A stretch of DNA of 64,000 nt from Selaginella moellendorffii (GCF_000143415.4 NW_003314427.1:144378-208377), one strand, 5' to 3'. Positions 12,200 to 25,300 are shown, counted from the stretch's first letter. Translations and numbers: made by a program. The notes: generated by a model from the letters alone, not told the origin.

Positions 12200-13700
12200 G
12201 AGAATTACTCCACAATAAAGAAAGAGTGCTTAGTAGCAATTTGAGGTTTTGAGAAATTCATATATACTTCTATTTGGACATCATTGCAAGATAATTATGC
12301 TGTGATCACTTCATTATTGAAGTGGAAGAATTTGGTGGGCTATATTACTCAATAGGCTCTAAAGTTTTAAATATATTACTTCAAAGTTATTCATCACCTA
12401 AAGAGTTTTGTAGTTGATACTAATGCTTTTTTTCGAGCTTCTCTTCATTCTTTATATTTTTTTCTCATGTTTCTAATGAGCTGATTGTTCTAGAATTAGT
12501 GGATTTTCTAAACAAAAATTTTGTGTTATTGACAGTTGTTATATTTAATATTAAGGTGTAGAGTTAGATTTACCTTATTTTGATGAGGTTTATGAGGCTC
12601 AAAAGCTCAAAAGCTCAAACTATAGATTTGAAGGCTTTATAATGGGTTTGAGAATATTGTATCACATGCTAATAATTTGTCATTTCAGCATTTATATTTT
12701 TATTATTGCTTTAAAAAATGCCCTTCTTTACTTTATAGAGATTAATTTTGATGATCATTTGTGATTAGTGGTGCTTTTGATTTTTATTCCACACGTTCTT
12801 TACACTTGCTATAACTTTTCTATTCTAGGTAGGCATATAGGATATTGTCATATGATTGATAAGTTGCGTAAGTCTTTTGATTAATTGGAGATATAATATA
12901 ATAATTTTTAGTATGTATATAGCTACTTTTAGTGCCAATACTCCTCTTTATGTTGCATATGTAGTTAATTATAATTTCATATTTATTTGAGTTTGTGGCA
13001 TTTGATATAATAGAGTTTTTTTCATAGTCAACTATTGAAATGAGTATGCCATTATTGCTTTTGACTACTTAATTTTTTATGTGGAAGTTAGTGTTTTTTC
13101 TAGTGTGCTTACAATTGCTATTAGATACCTCCTCTTCAATCAAGTAGTATTCTAGCATTTTTTAAAGCAAATTCTTAGATAATGGTCTTGTATTTATATC
13201 TAAGGTATTTCATGTTTTAATGTTTCGGTTGAAAATATACCACACTTTCATAAGTGTTTATTATCCACAAACAGATATTTTGGTAGAATGACTCATTTGG
13301 ATTTTCAAAGAGATGATCACAAGATGGTTATTTGCCATCTCTTGTATATGTATATATATCATGGGAGTACAAAATTCCATTAATGCTTCATTATATAAAT
13401 TTTTATATGGTTATGATTCAATATAGTCAAAAGAATTGAGTTTATCTTCATTGTTGCTAGGATTAATATTTAAAAAACAATCTTCCACTAGTTTGAATAA
13501 AGTTTGTTAAGCACTTTAGTTGTATATAAGTAGAACACCAATAACACTACAACTTCTATCATTATCCACTTGTAAAATATAAAGTGATTAATTTAGTGTT
13601 AGTTTGTTTTCCCAATCCTATGGTACATGTTAAAATTTGTAAATTGATAGGCCAAAATTTAAAGAAATATTACAATGAAATACTAATGTATTTGTAAGTG
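12200..13700 (+). mobile_element. Highly decayed Gypsy RNase H/integrase remnant of the same family as 8190-11734, opposite orientation
   Basis: From 12311 translates as SLLKWKNLVGYITQ*ALKF*IYYF, matching ORF 8381..8713. 12594-12790 is an inverted copy of 8200-8390. An integrase YPQTD-like motif lies at about 13260. Confidence 0.7.
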
Positions 13701-14494
13701 GTGCAACTTATGGTTATAATGTTATATATTATTATTAGTGTAATGGAATTTAGCCCATCAACTAACTGCTTTCTATCTAAATGCATAATTAAGATGCTAT
13801 AAACTATCTATAATAATAAGAACGAAGGGCCCAGACCCAAGCCAACCTTGGAAGCCATGGTTCTCCGGGAGGGGAGTCCACCCTAGGCCCGGGCCAGGCT
13901 TGGTGGCCATGGTTAGCCAAAATATCAGCTCAATGTTGTGGTGGGTAATGGGCAAGATGCACATGTGGTTGGGAAGAGAAGAGGGCATGGTGACAGGTGT
14001 TACACCATGCACTCCTAAGGCTCCATAGTTGCTCTGCTTGCCTGCAGTGCACAGCATTTGCTGGGCAAGTACTCGTTATTATCATAGTGAAATTTTGAAA
14101 ACAAGGTTTTGATTTTTGAATAGACTAAATAACAAAAGAGATACCTTCTTAGTACTAACTTAGCTACATCCCCTAATTATTAAGATTTGTTTAGAATAGA
14201 TCCCACTGGACAAAACTTACATTCTGAAAGAAAGCTATTATAATCCTCTACATTTCTACGGAGACCAGCTTTTGGAAACTTCGATCGAGTATCGAAAGAC
14301 AATGCAAACCTGAAACAAACAATTCAACGATATTAGAAGACTCAATCTACGAAAGAAGCACTACCACAAGCGGTGCTACTCTTCCAGAACTAAAGTCTGA
14401 GAAGAAACAAGAAAAACGATCAAAGATCTATCTGAAAGCCAAGGAACCAAACCAGGAAAAAAAATGAAGGAAGAACAACACTTACGATCGATCA

Positions 14495-15073
14495 TTAGTA
14501 GAAGCGGTGCTGCCTTCCCAAGAGAGACATCATCCTCTCCATTCCATTGATCCCAACGTTGGAGGCGATCTTGAGAACTCCCTGGAGAGGCTCGAAGTAA
14601 TTCCCATAGACGTACTCGGGCTTGTACATCCCTTCCTCCTCGTCGTAGAGAAGCATATGGCCGTGCCACTCCCACGTCCGATATCCCACCTCCATCTCTT
14701 CATCGTAGCTCACGCAGACATGGTGATTCCCCACCGCGATGGATTTGCTCGAGTTGGGCTCCAATCGCTCCCACTGGCCGCTGGTAATGATCTCGATGAT
14801 CGCCTTGTCCATGGCCGCCTTCTCCTGGACGAGCTTGGATCGCCGCCCAATCTGCTGCTGCTGCTGGAGGCCATCAAAGACGACTGGCCCATTGTCACGC
14901 ATTTGCGAGCGAAGCCCCAATCTCTCCATCGCCACGCTCAGCGGGATGTTGTTCAGATGGCTCCCGGCCATCCCAGCGGGCGTCTGCGGCGGATCCTCGC
15001 GCTTGGGCGATGCCGCGACCCTCCCCATGGCTGCAATACAGAGAATCGATGGAATCGCCCTAGAGGAGCTCAA
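14495..15073 (-). CDS. Uncharacterised plant protein (WEWHGH..YDEE..PEYVYGNYFE motif), single exon
   Basis: Intact 192-aa GC-rich ORF with a globular, aromatic-rich C-terminal block resembling a plant family of unknown function. The true start may be a downstream Met. Confidence 0.75.
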   Translation of the reverse strand: MSSSRAIPSILCIAAMGRVAASPKREDPPQTPAGMAGSHLNNIPLSVAMERLGLRSQMRDNGPVVFDGLQQQQQIGRRSKLVQEKAAMDKAIIEIITSGQWERLEPNSSKSIAVGNHHVCVSYDEEMEVGYRTWEWHGHMLLYDEEEGMYKPEYVYGNYFEPLQGVLKIASNVGINGMERMMSLLGRQHRFY

Positions 15074-15120
15074 GAACCCTAAAATGTGGGCGGTAATAAG
15101 AGAATGCTAGGGTTTGCATT

Positions 15121-16912
15121 ATGGTTGTAGGGCTCATGGAGGACGACGGGGAGGAGATCGACTACCCGGAGATTACTCGCGGCGGCGGCGGCGGCGGCGG
15201 CAGCGATCAATCGCTCCCGACGTGCGTGGTTTGCATCGAGAGCCTGGGGCGCCATGGCGGCCCAGCCTCGCTACCCTGCGGCCACAATGGATGCCTCCGG
15301 TGTCTCCAAAAGGTGAGTGAGGCTATGCTCTTCTTCTCGAGCAGTAGCTAGATGATTTTGGATTCCAGGTCCAGAGACACTCGCAATCGCCGCTTTGCCC
15401 TCTCTGCCGGACGCCATTCGATGCCGAGATGAATTTGGGGCCGAATTTGGAGCTCAAGGAAGCAATTCGCCAGGCACACGCAAGGAAGATGGATAGAAGC
15501 TCAAGTACGCCACCGAAGGAGGGGGTCTATCCGAAAATCCACCAGCAGCACCAGCAGCCAGCACCAGAGATCACTATAAGGAATCTCTTCGCTGGGTTGT
15601 ATGCGATTGTCACGGGGGCAGCGAGCAAGAAGAGCAGTGATAGCAGTGATCGTCGCAGGGTAGTGGCAGAGGCAGGAGATGGTCCTCCGGAGGATTTATG
15701 GGGGAGTGTCTTGCTACCCAGCGCTCCTCCTCTTTTCTCCTCCAGCGCTGTTGACGATGTTAGAGCGACCAAAACTCTGCTCGAGGCCGAGCCTCCACAG
15801 TGGCTTCCAGACAGCTCCGCAACGTCGTGTATGCAGTGTGATGCAAGCTTTCGGCCAGTGACTTGTGGAAGGCACCACTGCCGGTTTTGTGGAGGGATTT
15901 TCTGCCGCTACTGCTCCAGGGGCCGCTGCTTGCTGCCGATGAAGTTCCGAGAGCGAGAGCCTCAGCGGGTCTGCGATGCTTGTTACGAGAGACTGGAGCC
16001 AGTCCAGAGACTTCTGGTGGAGCGAGTGAGCAATGCCTCTCAGGTGGCGACGCACGACGTGACGGATTTTAGCTGCATGAGAAGCTGGCTCAACAGCCCC
16101 TTGGGCCTCTCGATGGAGCAGGAGATCTACAAAGCTACAAACGCTTTGCGAAGCTATGCAAAGGTATTGCTCTTCTTGGTTGCTCTTCTCCGATCTTACT
16201 TTTGGCCTTTTTATCTAGATTGGAGGCTTGAAACCTGAGAAGGCGATACCCGAAAAGGTGCTGAGAGGCGCCAAGGGAGTGGCAGTGTTAACCATCGCGA
16301 AAGCTGGCGTTGTTGTCACGTATAAGCTTGGAACGGGACTCGTGATCGCGAGGCGTGAGGATGGGACATGGTCGGCTCCTTCTGCGATTGCTTGTGCCGG
16401 GCTTGGATGGGGAGCTCAAGTATGTGTTCTATCATTTCTCGTTTTCTCTCTTGTGCTAACAGGACTCACTTTCCAGATGGGAGGAGAGCTAACGGACTTC
16501 ATACTCGTTCTTCGCAGCCCCGAGGCTGTGAGGGCCTTCAGCGGACGAATCCATTTCGCTCTGGGAGCTGAGCTGAGCGCCGTCGCCGGTCCCGTGGGAC
16601 GACTCGCGGAAGCTGATGTTCGAGCTGGCGACGGTGGCACTGCTGCTTGCTACTCCTACAGCTTAAGCAAAGGTAAGCTCTACTTTCCATTCGAGCTTCC
16701 AGGGATTTCTCTAACGAGCAAAGAATTCTTCTCCCACAGGGGCGTTTGTGGGGGTCTCGGTCGAAGGGAGCGTTGTGACGCGAAGATCCGACACGAACGC
16801 TCGTTTCTATGGCGATTCTTACGTGACAGCCGCAGACATTCTCTCGGGAGCTTATCCAGCGCCAAGAGCAGCGTACCCATTATACGAAGCTCTTCACGAT
16901 CTCTTCTATTGA
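15121..16912 (+). CDS. RING + FYVE + SYLF/Ysc84 protein (CFS1/FYVE2-like), 5 exons
   Basis: Exons about 15121-15312, 15369-16163, 16219-16419, 16477-16672 and 16740-16912, all GT-AG. RING CVVC..CGHNGCLRC..CPLC; FYVE WLPD..CMQC..RHHCRFCG..RVCDAC; SYLF GTGLVIARREDGTWSAPSAI..GAQMGGELTDFILVL; PSAPP motif. Confidence 0.92.
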
Positions 16913-17088
16913 AAAGCTGTGCATAGGTAGTGTGTAAATGGTGTTCTTTGTAGATACACGCAAGATTTGTTCTATGGGAAAATTCCTGGCAATGGGAATC
17001 GAGCCAGGGATGGGCGGGTACTTAGTCGCCAAAAGTGACCTCTTCCATCTTCATTAAAGTAAGAAAATAGCCCTAGCTCCTCCCAGCG

Positions 17089-17469
17089 ATGGCGTATGTC
17101 GATCACTCTTTCTCCATCTCCGAGGATCCCACCGGCACATTCATCATCAACAACAAGCCGCCAGTGAAGGAGATCGCGTTGTCCGTGGCGCTTCTGGCTC
17201 TGGGCGCCATTGGCATGGTGATCGGGATCTTCATGATCTACAACAAGATCGGAGGTGACTCGGGACACGGTGAGTCTAGGATATTTCGATGCGATCTTGC
17301 GAAATTTCGAGTGGATTGAGCGTGAATTGTGGTGTTCTTCCCTCCAGGCGTGGCATTTACGATCCTCGGAGCTTTGCTCTTCTTGCCGGGGTTCTACTAT
17401 ACCAGAATCGCTTACTACGCTTACAAGGGCTACAAGGGTTTCTCCTTCGCGACGATCCCAGCAGTGTAG
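17089..17469 (+). CDS. TMEM230/DUF872-like small membrane protein, 2 exons
   Basis: Exons 17089-17269 and 17348-17469. Two transmembrane helices and the C-terminal [24 protein letters not shown] motif. Confidence 0.9.
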
Positions 17470-17755
17470 AGGGAAGATAGAAGGTTTCCAGAATTTTTTT
17501 CCCTTTTTTTTGTATGATACTCACTGGTCTCGATCGATACATTGATTGTATTAATCTACACCTCGTGTTTTTTTTTCTTGTAGGTTCTCTCTCTATACTG
17601 CTCGAGTTAGAGCACTGTTTATCAAAAGACTTGGTCGATCGAAAACGAGGGGTTTTTTCTCCTTTCCTTCGCATTGTTTTGTTTGGGTTGTCTTATCTTT
17701 AAATGCAGCAGCGTGTTGACCCGACGAGATCGTAGTTATAGATTGACAGGAAGGA

Positions 17756-19172
17756 ATGAGCAACGGATCGGTGGTACCAGTGGCCGCCAAGGCGGACGAC
17801 GAAGATATCTGGGTTTGCAGGAGGTGTGGCTGGACATACCCAAATCACCATCCCAGCGCCAGGCACCGCAGGAATCACAGGAAGCATTGCGGTAAAGTCA
17901 AAGGGTTTGAAGCAGGTGAAGTGGTGAAGCAGCCTGAGCAACTAGATCACGGATCATCTGACGATGTTTCCTCGGGCGAAGAGAAGAGTGTTCATCAACG
18001 ACAAGGTACCTCTTCAGCCTACCATGGTGCTTTGCTCATCTCGTTTCTCTTCCTGTTCGGCTTTCTCTTCTTCTTTTTTTATTCACAGTTTCAGAGGCTG
18101 CTAGTGGTGTTACTGCCGCTGCTGTAGCTCCTGAGACACACCAAACTGTCGCTGAAGGCGGTGTCGAGGATAAAACGCCGAGCTCAACAGTGGGTCTAAC
18201 GGGAGAATGTAAGAACCGTTTGCTGTTGGGATTTTCGTATCAATAGTTTCGTGAATGCAGTGATTCCAGCTCAAGATGAGGCTGCTTCACATCCAGAGCA
18301 AGGTATGTATGATCAGTCAGTGCGTTTATTGTGATCCCCGTTGACGATAGTTTTTCCGTTTTCTATTTCAGACGCTCCTGCTTCCAGCGACGAACCTTCA
18401 GATCTGTGGGAACAGCTGCTGGATGCTCAGGTGGCTGGAACACCACCATCACGACTGGAAGCCGCGCATGCAAATACTGAAAACTCGTCCATTGAGGAAG
18501 CTTCTGCTTCTCATAAAGGTATGCAAAAGAAATATAGTTTCAAATGAGATTTTCATTCCTAAATGCAGATGAGTTTGGTGGAGAGGACGTTCCTTTAAAC
18601 CCTTTCGTACCTCCGTCTCCCGTTGTCCATCACGAAGGTACGCTGGAAATATACTCCTTTGTCTGATTGCATTAAGCTTGTTAGTCTACAGGCATCCATG
18701 TAGCTGAAAGCGGCCAACTGGAAGAGATTCCAATCCACTCCGAAAAGAATCCTTTTCTACACCCTGATTCTCCAGTGTCAGGTACGTCAATCTCTTCCAT
18801 TGCATTTTTCTAATCGCATTTTTTCTGGTCACAGGGACACAACGTGTTGACAAAGAAAAGGCCGAAGCCTCGTCGTCCACATCCTGGGATAGCATCAAGC
18901 CACATGTCGCCTTGAAATCACTCTTTGACGAGGACCGGACAAGGCAAGCTGATCGATACTACTTGGAGGAGGGCCAAGCTCCGGTGCCGGATGTGCCACC
19001 ACCCAAGCGTACCAACAGCAACGTCCTGATGAAAGCCATTGAGAATGTCAGAAACCCCTCGCCAAAGTTTAGTGGCGGCGGTGGTAGCGGTGGTAGCGGT
19101 GGTGGCAACCAGCATAAGCAGCAGCGATCATGGTGGAGCAACTACATTTGTTGCACGCCGAGAATCAGCTAG
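17756..19172 (+). CDS. Multi-exon plant protein with an N-terminal C2H2-like Zn finger and a C-terminal WW..ICC tail
   Basis: N-terminal VCRRCGWTYPNHHPSARHRRNHRKHCG, a chain of short exons with GT-AG introns, and a last exon ending SWWSNYICCTPRIS*. Confidence 0.75.
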
Positions 19173-19435
19173 CAATTTTTGGACACACAGGGAATTTATG
19201 CCAGACTATCAAAAATAGGAGTAAGATTGTTTTGTGTCACTGCTTAGGAACTATCTTGGTAACATGAATTTCATGTAAACAAGGAGTTTAAGCCAAAAAG
19301 TCAATGAAAGCCAAATAATACGATATTGTCTTTGTGGTAAGGACAATACTAATAATGGAATCTACATTTCCGATGACAATAATTTACTCTTCTTCATCTT
19401 CAAATAACTAAGGTTTCTAAAGGCAAGTAATAAGT

Positions 19436-20340
19436 ATGGATTGGGTGATTAAGTTTGCTGTTCTTTGCTCATTTCTAGCTCTTTCTGCAGAATCATACAC
19501 AATAAACACCCTTTCCACAGATGATATTCGCATCAACCCAGAAGCCATGCACGATGCTATCAAGCTCTTCTCTGGCGAGGAGTATTACCCAGTTGGATCC
19601 GCTTTCATCGATTTCGTGACCGTCACGAACAACGTTGTGGTCAACTTTATCTTCTTTGTGTATGAAGGAGGCCAGGTCCCAGATTACTGCCGAGTAGGAG
19701 CCGATGGACAGCATTACATTCGTGGAAGAGTTCTCCAGGCCACCCTTCGGAATATTCTCTACTATTGCACAAACCAGATGCTCCTCTATGGAGCTAGCAA
19801 GATGTTATCAGTGTGGGGATAGACTATGTGATTGCGCACATTGAGCAAGGTCCCACTCTTGATTTTTACTATGATTATTCCAATACTTCAGTTGAAACAA
19901 TGGAGGACTCTTCTAGAACATCAGTGCATGGTTTACCACGTAGAAGTTGCGTGACTCGATTCACAACGCTGGACAGTGGCTTCTACAATTTGCTTCCAAA
20001 GGGCTATCGCTTGACCACATCAAATAATTACTATAGTTTGGAGGTGGAGGACGATTGTAGTGTGGCAGTCAAAGCTGGTGGCAAAGAGATCTGGAGGAAT
20101 GGCTATCCGCGGCTCAGAGATGTGAATTGTGGCCTCAGAATCCAAACGGATGGAAACATGGTTATGTTTGAGCGATCGAGTAAAAGAGTGATCTGGGCTG
20201 TGAACAAGCTCTGTCAAGGTCTTTGCTATACTTTCCTTACCATCCAGGACGATGGAAATGCTGTGCTCTACCATGTATATAAACATAGCACCGAGATGAC
20301 ACTTGTGTGGGATTCGAAAACATATCATAAGTACAAATAA
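19436..20340 (+). pseudogene. Secreted protein with a C-terminal bulb-type (B-) lectin domain; apparent frameshift near 19800
   Basis: Signal-peptide-like N-terminus; B-lectin repeats IQTDGNMVMF and IQDDGNAVLY. The two ORFs overlap out of frame, with no room for an intron. Confidence 0.7.
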
Positions 20341-20419
20341 TATAAGAAAAGAATGGTCATCTTGTCTCAATACTTTTCTCGCCCAACCCCTCACCGCGAG
20401 CGTTTGCTTGTGCTATAGG

Positions 20420-20524
20420 TCTGGCTGTTCGTATGATTCCTGGCAGGCCACGATGGGATTCTTCCAGAGGATGCAGCAAGAAGGTATGGCACCGAGCCGA
20501 GTAACTCTTCTCACCGTCGGGTGA
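20420..20524 (+). pseudogene. PPR motif fragment
   Basis: Translates to ATMGFFQRMQQEGMAPSRVTLLTV, typical of a PLS-class PPR helix and junction. Confidence 0.55.
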
Positions 20525-20818
20525 GAAATCAGTCAGCATGGGAGCGTCCAATCGAGAGCATGAACAAATCAGTCAGCGCCCAAGTGCGAACACGAAGAAA
20601 TCAGTTAGTGTGGAGAAGACGACCAAATCAGTGGAGTGCCAACTTGGAACACTGTTGGCATGGACTGGCAGGTAGGGATGTGTGCTGTGTTCAGCTTAGC
20701 AGCTGAGTTAACGGGCAAGCCACAGCCCGTTAATGCTCCACCTTTGGAACGCCAGCTCCTCTTCAGGTGAAACCGCTGCCGGGGAAAGGCGATTTAGGGT
20801 TCTCCTGGTCCAAAGACG

Positions 20819-22371
20819 ATGGAAGACGATGGGCTGGATGATCTCTTTAAGAATCGACGTATAGGGGTGGCCACCATTTCCAGAATCCGAGATCTAGATC
20901 TGAAAGCACAGGATTTGCTGCTTCTGTCACCTCAGTTTTTGGCAGAGCTGTGCCAAACTGTGGGAGCATCTGATGACGAGAGGTTCAAGATTTTTGCTGC
21001 CGTGAGTGCAGCACAACAATCCGCAGTGACGGGAATCTACGGATTTGGTAAGCAATCAAGCCCGTTGTTGCCTGGCTGATGTATTTTGTTTCCGGTTCGC
21101 AATCGGAAAGTTTGAACGCGCGTTTATACATTTCTGAAAGAACAGATCTGTTGGAAAAGCTTGAGAGTCTTGTTCGCAAAGAACGACCAGTCATCGTGCG
21201 AGCCCCTCCTCAAAGTGGTAAAACGTCTCTTCAAAAGACAGAACCGAATCGAAATTCAGCGACGTGTTCTGCATCAGCCTTGCAGGCATCAGTGGCCACA
21301 GTTTCGAGTATATGTGGCATCAGCACTATCCTCGTGAGTACTCAAGAAAGACTGTTTATTTTATTCTCTGTGACATGTCTTTCATATCTTGCAGATGTTC
21401 CAATCGAGAGGCTCAACAGCAGCGAGCCTACACTTATACTTGTTGACGAAGGGCAGAGTGGGTTTCATGCTCCTGATATAACTCTATGGGCCAAGATTAA
21501 ATCAGCGCAAGCCGGTGGTATGCTGCATATTGTGCTCGTCTCCAGCGTTGCGAGTGACAAGGATGATACTGACGTACCTCCAACACCAATTATATTTCAA
21601 CCAAGTTGCGCTGTGACTCGCATGTAACGGTGAAGCTTAGAATTATTCGCATGTAACTTGCGTGATTATCCTGAATGCAGGCTGCAACATGATTGTGAAT
21701 CTTCGGGTCTTTCTCTCCAGTTTTCAAATGCTGAATGCATGGAGTTATGGCAGAACTGGTGCAAATTCTGTGGATTTGTACCCAGCAACAACGATATCCT
21801 CTACTACATGATGATGGAGGTTGGAGATAGACAACCAGGGCTCATGACACACATGCTTGACTGGCTTGTGAGGGGAATGTTCAATGACAAAAATCGGGCA
21901 GATTGTGAGGAGTTTGCTAAGAAGGAATTGCTTTCTGATGGAATCGCTATCTGAGATTCGAAGTATCTGCACGTAAGTAAAACTAGACGCCTGATTTGAT
22001 GTGATTTGGTTTGTGTTCAGGTTTCGTCATAGGTACTGGCAACCAGAGTTATGCGGGTATCCTCTCCAAATTATTAAGATCTAGTTCAGTAAGTGTCAAT
22101 TTTCATGTTTCCAATTTAACTTTTCACTGCAGGCTCTGGGTTTTGTGAAGAAAACAGAGCTGTCATCGGAAGACCTTAGTGCTGCAAATATGCTGTTGAG
22201 AAGGGGTCAATTGGTGAGGACCAAAGCCCATGAACTTTATGTTCCCTTTGCCTTTGCATTGTCACTATTTTGCATCTTTATGTGCCACTGCAACATTAAT
22301 GCTGCCAAAGCTTCAAACAATGTGCATTGAGAGCTTTCTGGTCCATGTGATTCAAAGGATGAGTGCAGGAT
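20819..22371 (+). pseudogene. Crinkler-like P-loop NTPase + restriction-endonuclease-fold gene, 5' part
   Basis: Walker A VRAPPQSGKTSL, Walker B LILVDEGQ, short introns. It is interrupted at ESFLVHVIQRMSAG by an LTR at 22372. Confidence 0.7.
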
Positions 22372-25300
22372 TATTATGATCCGACGCAAAAAGACAAAGA
22401 TTTAGCCACCCTAAACTATACTATGCCACCTTTTACAGTTCTTCACCACTCAACTACCCCTAAGCTACTTCAAAAGCTCCATTGTGCCGCTGCTCCACTA
22501 TGAACCTTAAGGTAGGTTAAATCCTTTACTAAGCTTAACATGCCTTAATATACCCTTAAGCCTCCTTTTGACTAATGTTGACCATGTGGTCAAAGTTGGC
22601 GTCTAACAATTCTTTCCCCCTCCCCCCCCAACAAAGTCTTTGTCCCAAGGATGAGTTGTACTAGTGATCATTTTTTTTGGGGAACCTTGCTCAAGCTCCT
22701 GGTCCATCTTCCACAGCTGTATGTATTAAGGAGGCATTGGGCTCGTCACTCCAAGATAGTACACCTTTCAACTAGCTGACATAAAATACTGGATGAATTT
22801 TCACCTCAGCTGGTAGCCGCACCCGATAAGCCACTTTACCAATGCACTCCAGCACTTCATATGGATTAGCATATCAATGGGAAAGTTTATCACTCTTCCC
22901 TGTCCGTAAAGGCACCAAAGTGTTCTGCCGCTCACTTGATGGAAAGATCACTCCCACAAAGACGAGATCACCCACTTTATATTCCTGGAATTGGTGATGC
23001 TCATTAGCAAACTTCTCCATTCTATCCTGAGCTGCTTGCAAATTCTGTTTGCACACCACCAAAATCTCATCAAGTTCTGTGGCAAGATCAGTCACCTTGG
23101 AATCAAGTTTATCTTGAACCTCCTTACTCAAATGCAATCCCAACTCCACCGCTGTTTGGGGATGCCTTCCAAACATGGCAAAGTAAGGACTTAGCTTGGT
23201 TCCACTGTGTTAGCTATTATTATAAGAAAATTGCACTAACGGAAGATATAAATCCCATTGTGACAAATGCTATAACGTAGCATATCCTCCACCATCTGAT
23301 TCACACGCTTGGTTTGCCCATCCATCTGAGGATGATCTCCACTCGAGAGTTTCAAAGTCACTCGCATAGCCTTTGCAAAGCTCTTTCAAAATCCACTGGT
23401 GAACTTTGAATCTCGATCACTAATGATATCTTTCTAATGAAAAACCTTCTCCAAGTAAACTATAACCAAGTTTGAGGCAGTGACAGTTTTCTGAAGAGCC
23501 AACAACCACACATACTTTGTCAATCGATCCACTATAACCCATACTTGCTCCTATTGCCTTTGTGTTCGTGGTACACTTGAGTAATTAACGCATCCACCCG
23601 TGGCAAATATACACGGCTATTGTAGTAGAGAATCCCATCCACCAATGAAAAAAGGGCTGCCATTTGGTCTTGCAAAGAGGCCACCTCAACTGTAAGCGAC
23701 TAAATTTTCCATTCTACTTTAGTCACTTAACCACACCTTTGACCACTTGGAGGAGTCTCATTCACAACCTCCATAAGTCCAATTCAGGACTTGGGGCTTG
23801 CTAGCCCCAGGAATGACATCCATGCCACTCAACACTGGCACCTGGTCCAAGTGCTCTACGTGTCCGATCCCATGACCGACACTCAAAGGTACCACCGATA
23901 TGGCAGCCCGTTACGCTAAGGCCATGCCCAATCACCTTTGCCACACTGTAGTCCAATACCACTTGCATCACAGTCTTGGCTCTCCAAGACTGGGCCAACC
24001 ATCCGTGAGTGGTCATCTCAGATCCACTCCTTAGCATCCTTAGGATGCCCACCGACACGGGGAACAGCCTTCCCCAATGTCCCTCTGTCAGTCCCCCCTA
24101 AGTCCCTTTCTGCCCCTGGCCGTGTTTGCCAACACTGCCACTGGATCGAGGCCCACAGGCCCGACCACTAAGTCCCACGGTCCTCTAGAACTTCCTCACC
24201 ACACGACTGTGTCCTTGGTCACTACCCCAGAGGACTACTCCTCTTCCTTTCCACAGTCTGGGCCTTTGGGACAACATTTCGGAACACCGTGGCTTTACGC
24301 GAGCCACCTGGGTACTCTCCCCGCCTTCTGCCCTTGGGTGCTCTAGCCATGGGCTTAGAGCGAGGTTCCATTGAGCCACGCCTGGTATCCAAGTAGGTAG
24401 TGCCACCCACACTTGGACTGGGAGCATCGGCCAGTCGATCTCCCGGGGGAACTAGAGCCGGCTCTTGAACACTTCACCAAGCTACCCTGCTTGTCGGTCC
24501 GTGTTCACTCTAGTCTTGGACTTCCCAGTGGGCAGCTCATCACCCAACACTGGGTCCGGCCTTCCTGGGCCAAACTGGCCTTTCCTGGCCAAACTGGCTC
24601 CACTGCAGTCCTCCCCCCTACTATACTTTTGGAGCTCACCAAACCCCCCAGGGTCTGGGAGACGAACGCTTTGGGCTTTCACCCTCTTAGGCTCCAGACT
24701 CGGACTCGGACTCGAACTCGGACTCGGACTCGGACTCGGACTCGGATTCGGACTCGGACTCGGGCTCGGGCTCGGTCTTGGCCTCGGCCTCGGTCTCGGT
24801 CTCGGTCCCGATCTTGGTCTCGGTCTCAGTCTCGGTCCCGGTCTCGGTTCCGGTCTCGGTCTCGACTTCGGACTCCATCTCGGACTCCATCTCGGACTCC
24901 ATCTCGGACTCCATCTCGGGTCCATCTTGGGTCCATCTCGGACTCCATCTCGGACTCCATCTCGGGTCCATCTCGGACTCCATCTCGGACTCCATTTCGG
25001 GTCCATCTCGAGTCCACCTCGAACTCCATCTTGGACTCCATCTCGGACTCCATCTCGGGTCCATCTCGGACTCCATCTCGGACTCCATTTCGGGTCCATC
25101 TCGAGTCCACCTCGAACTCCATCTCGGACTCCATCTCGGACTCCATCTCGGGTCCATCTCGGACTCCACTTTGGACTCCAACTCGGGTCCATCTCGGGTC
25201 CACCTCGGACTTCATCTCGGACTCCATCTCGGACTCCATCTCGGGTCCATCTCGGACTCCATCTCGGACTCCATCTCGAGTCCATCTCGGACACTCCCAC

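Noticed and set aside
13810-14070. GC-rich island with an 86-aa ORF
   Set aside because: No recognisable motif, splice structure or repeat boundary; cannot be assigned.
14507-15082. 191-aa plus-strand ORF
   Set aside because: Antisense shadow of the GC-rich minus-strand gene 14495-15073.
22650-22780. Chromodomain at the end of the family-C integrase
   Set aside because: No YLVKW or ATWE-type motif could be read; too decayed or deleted to call.
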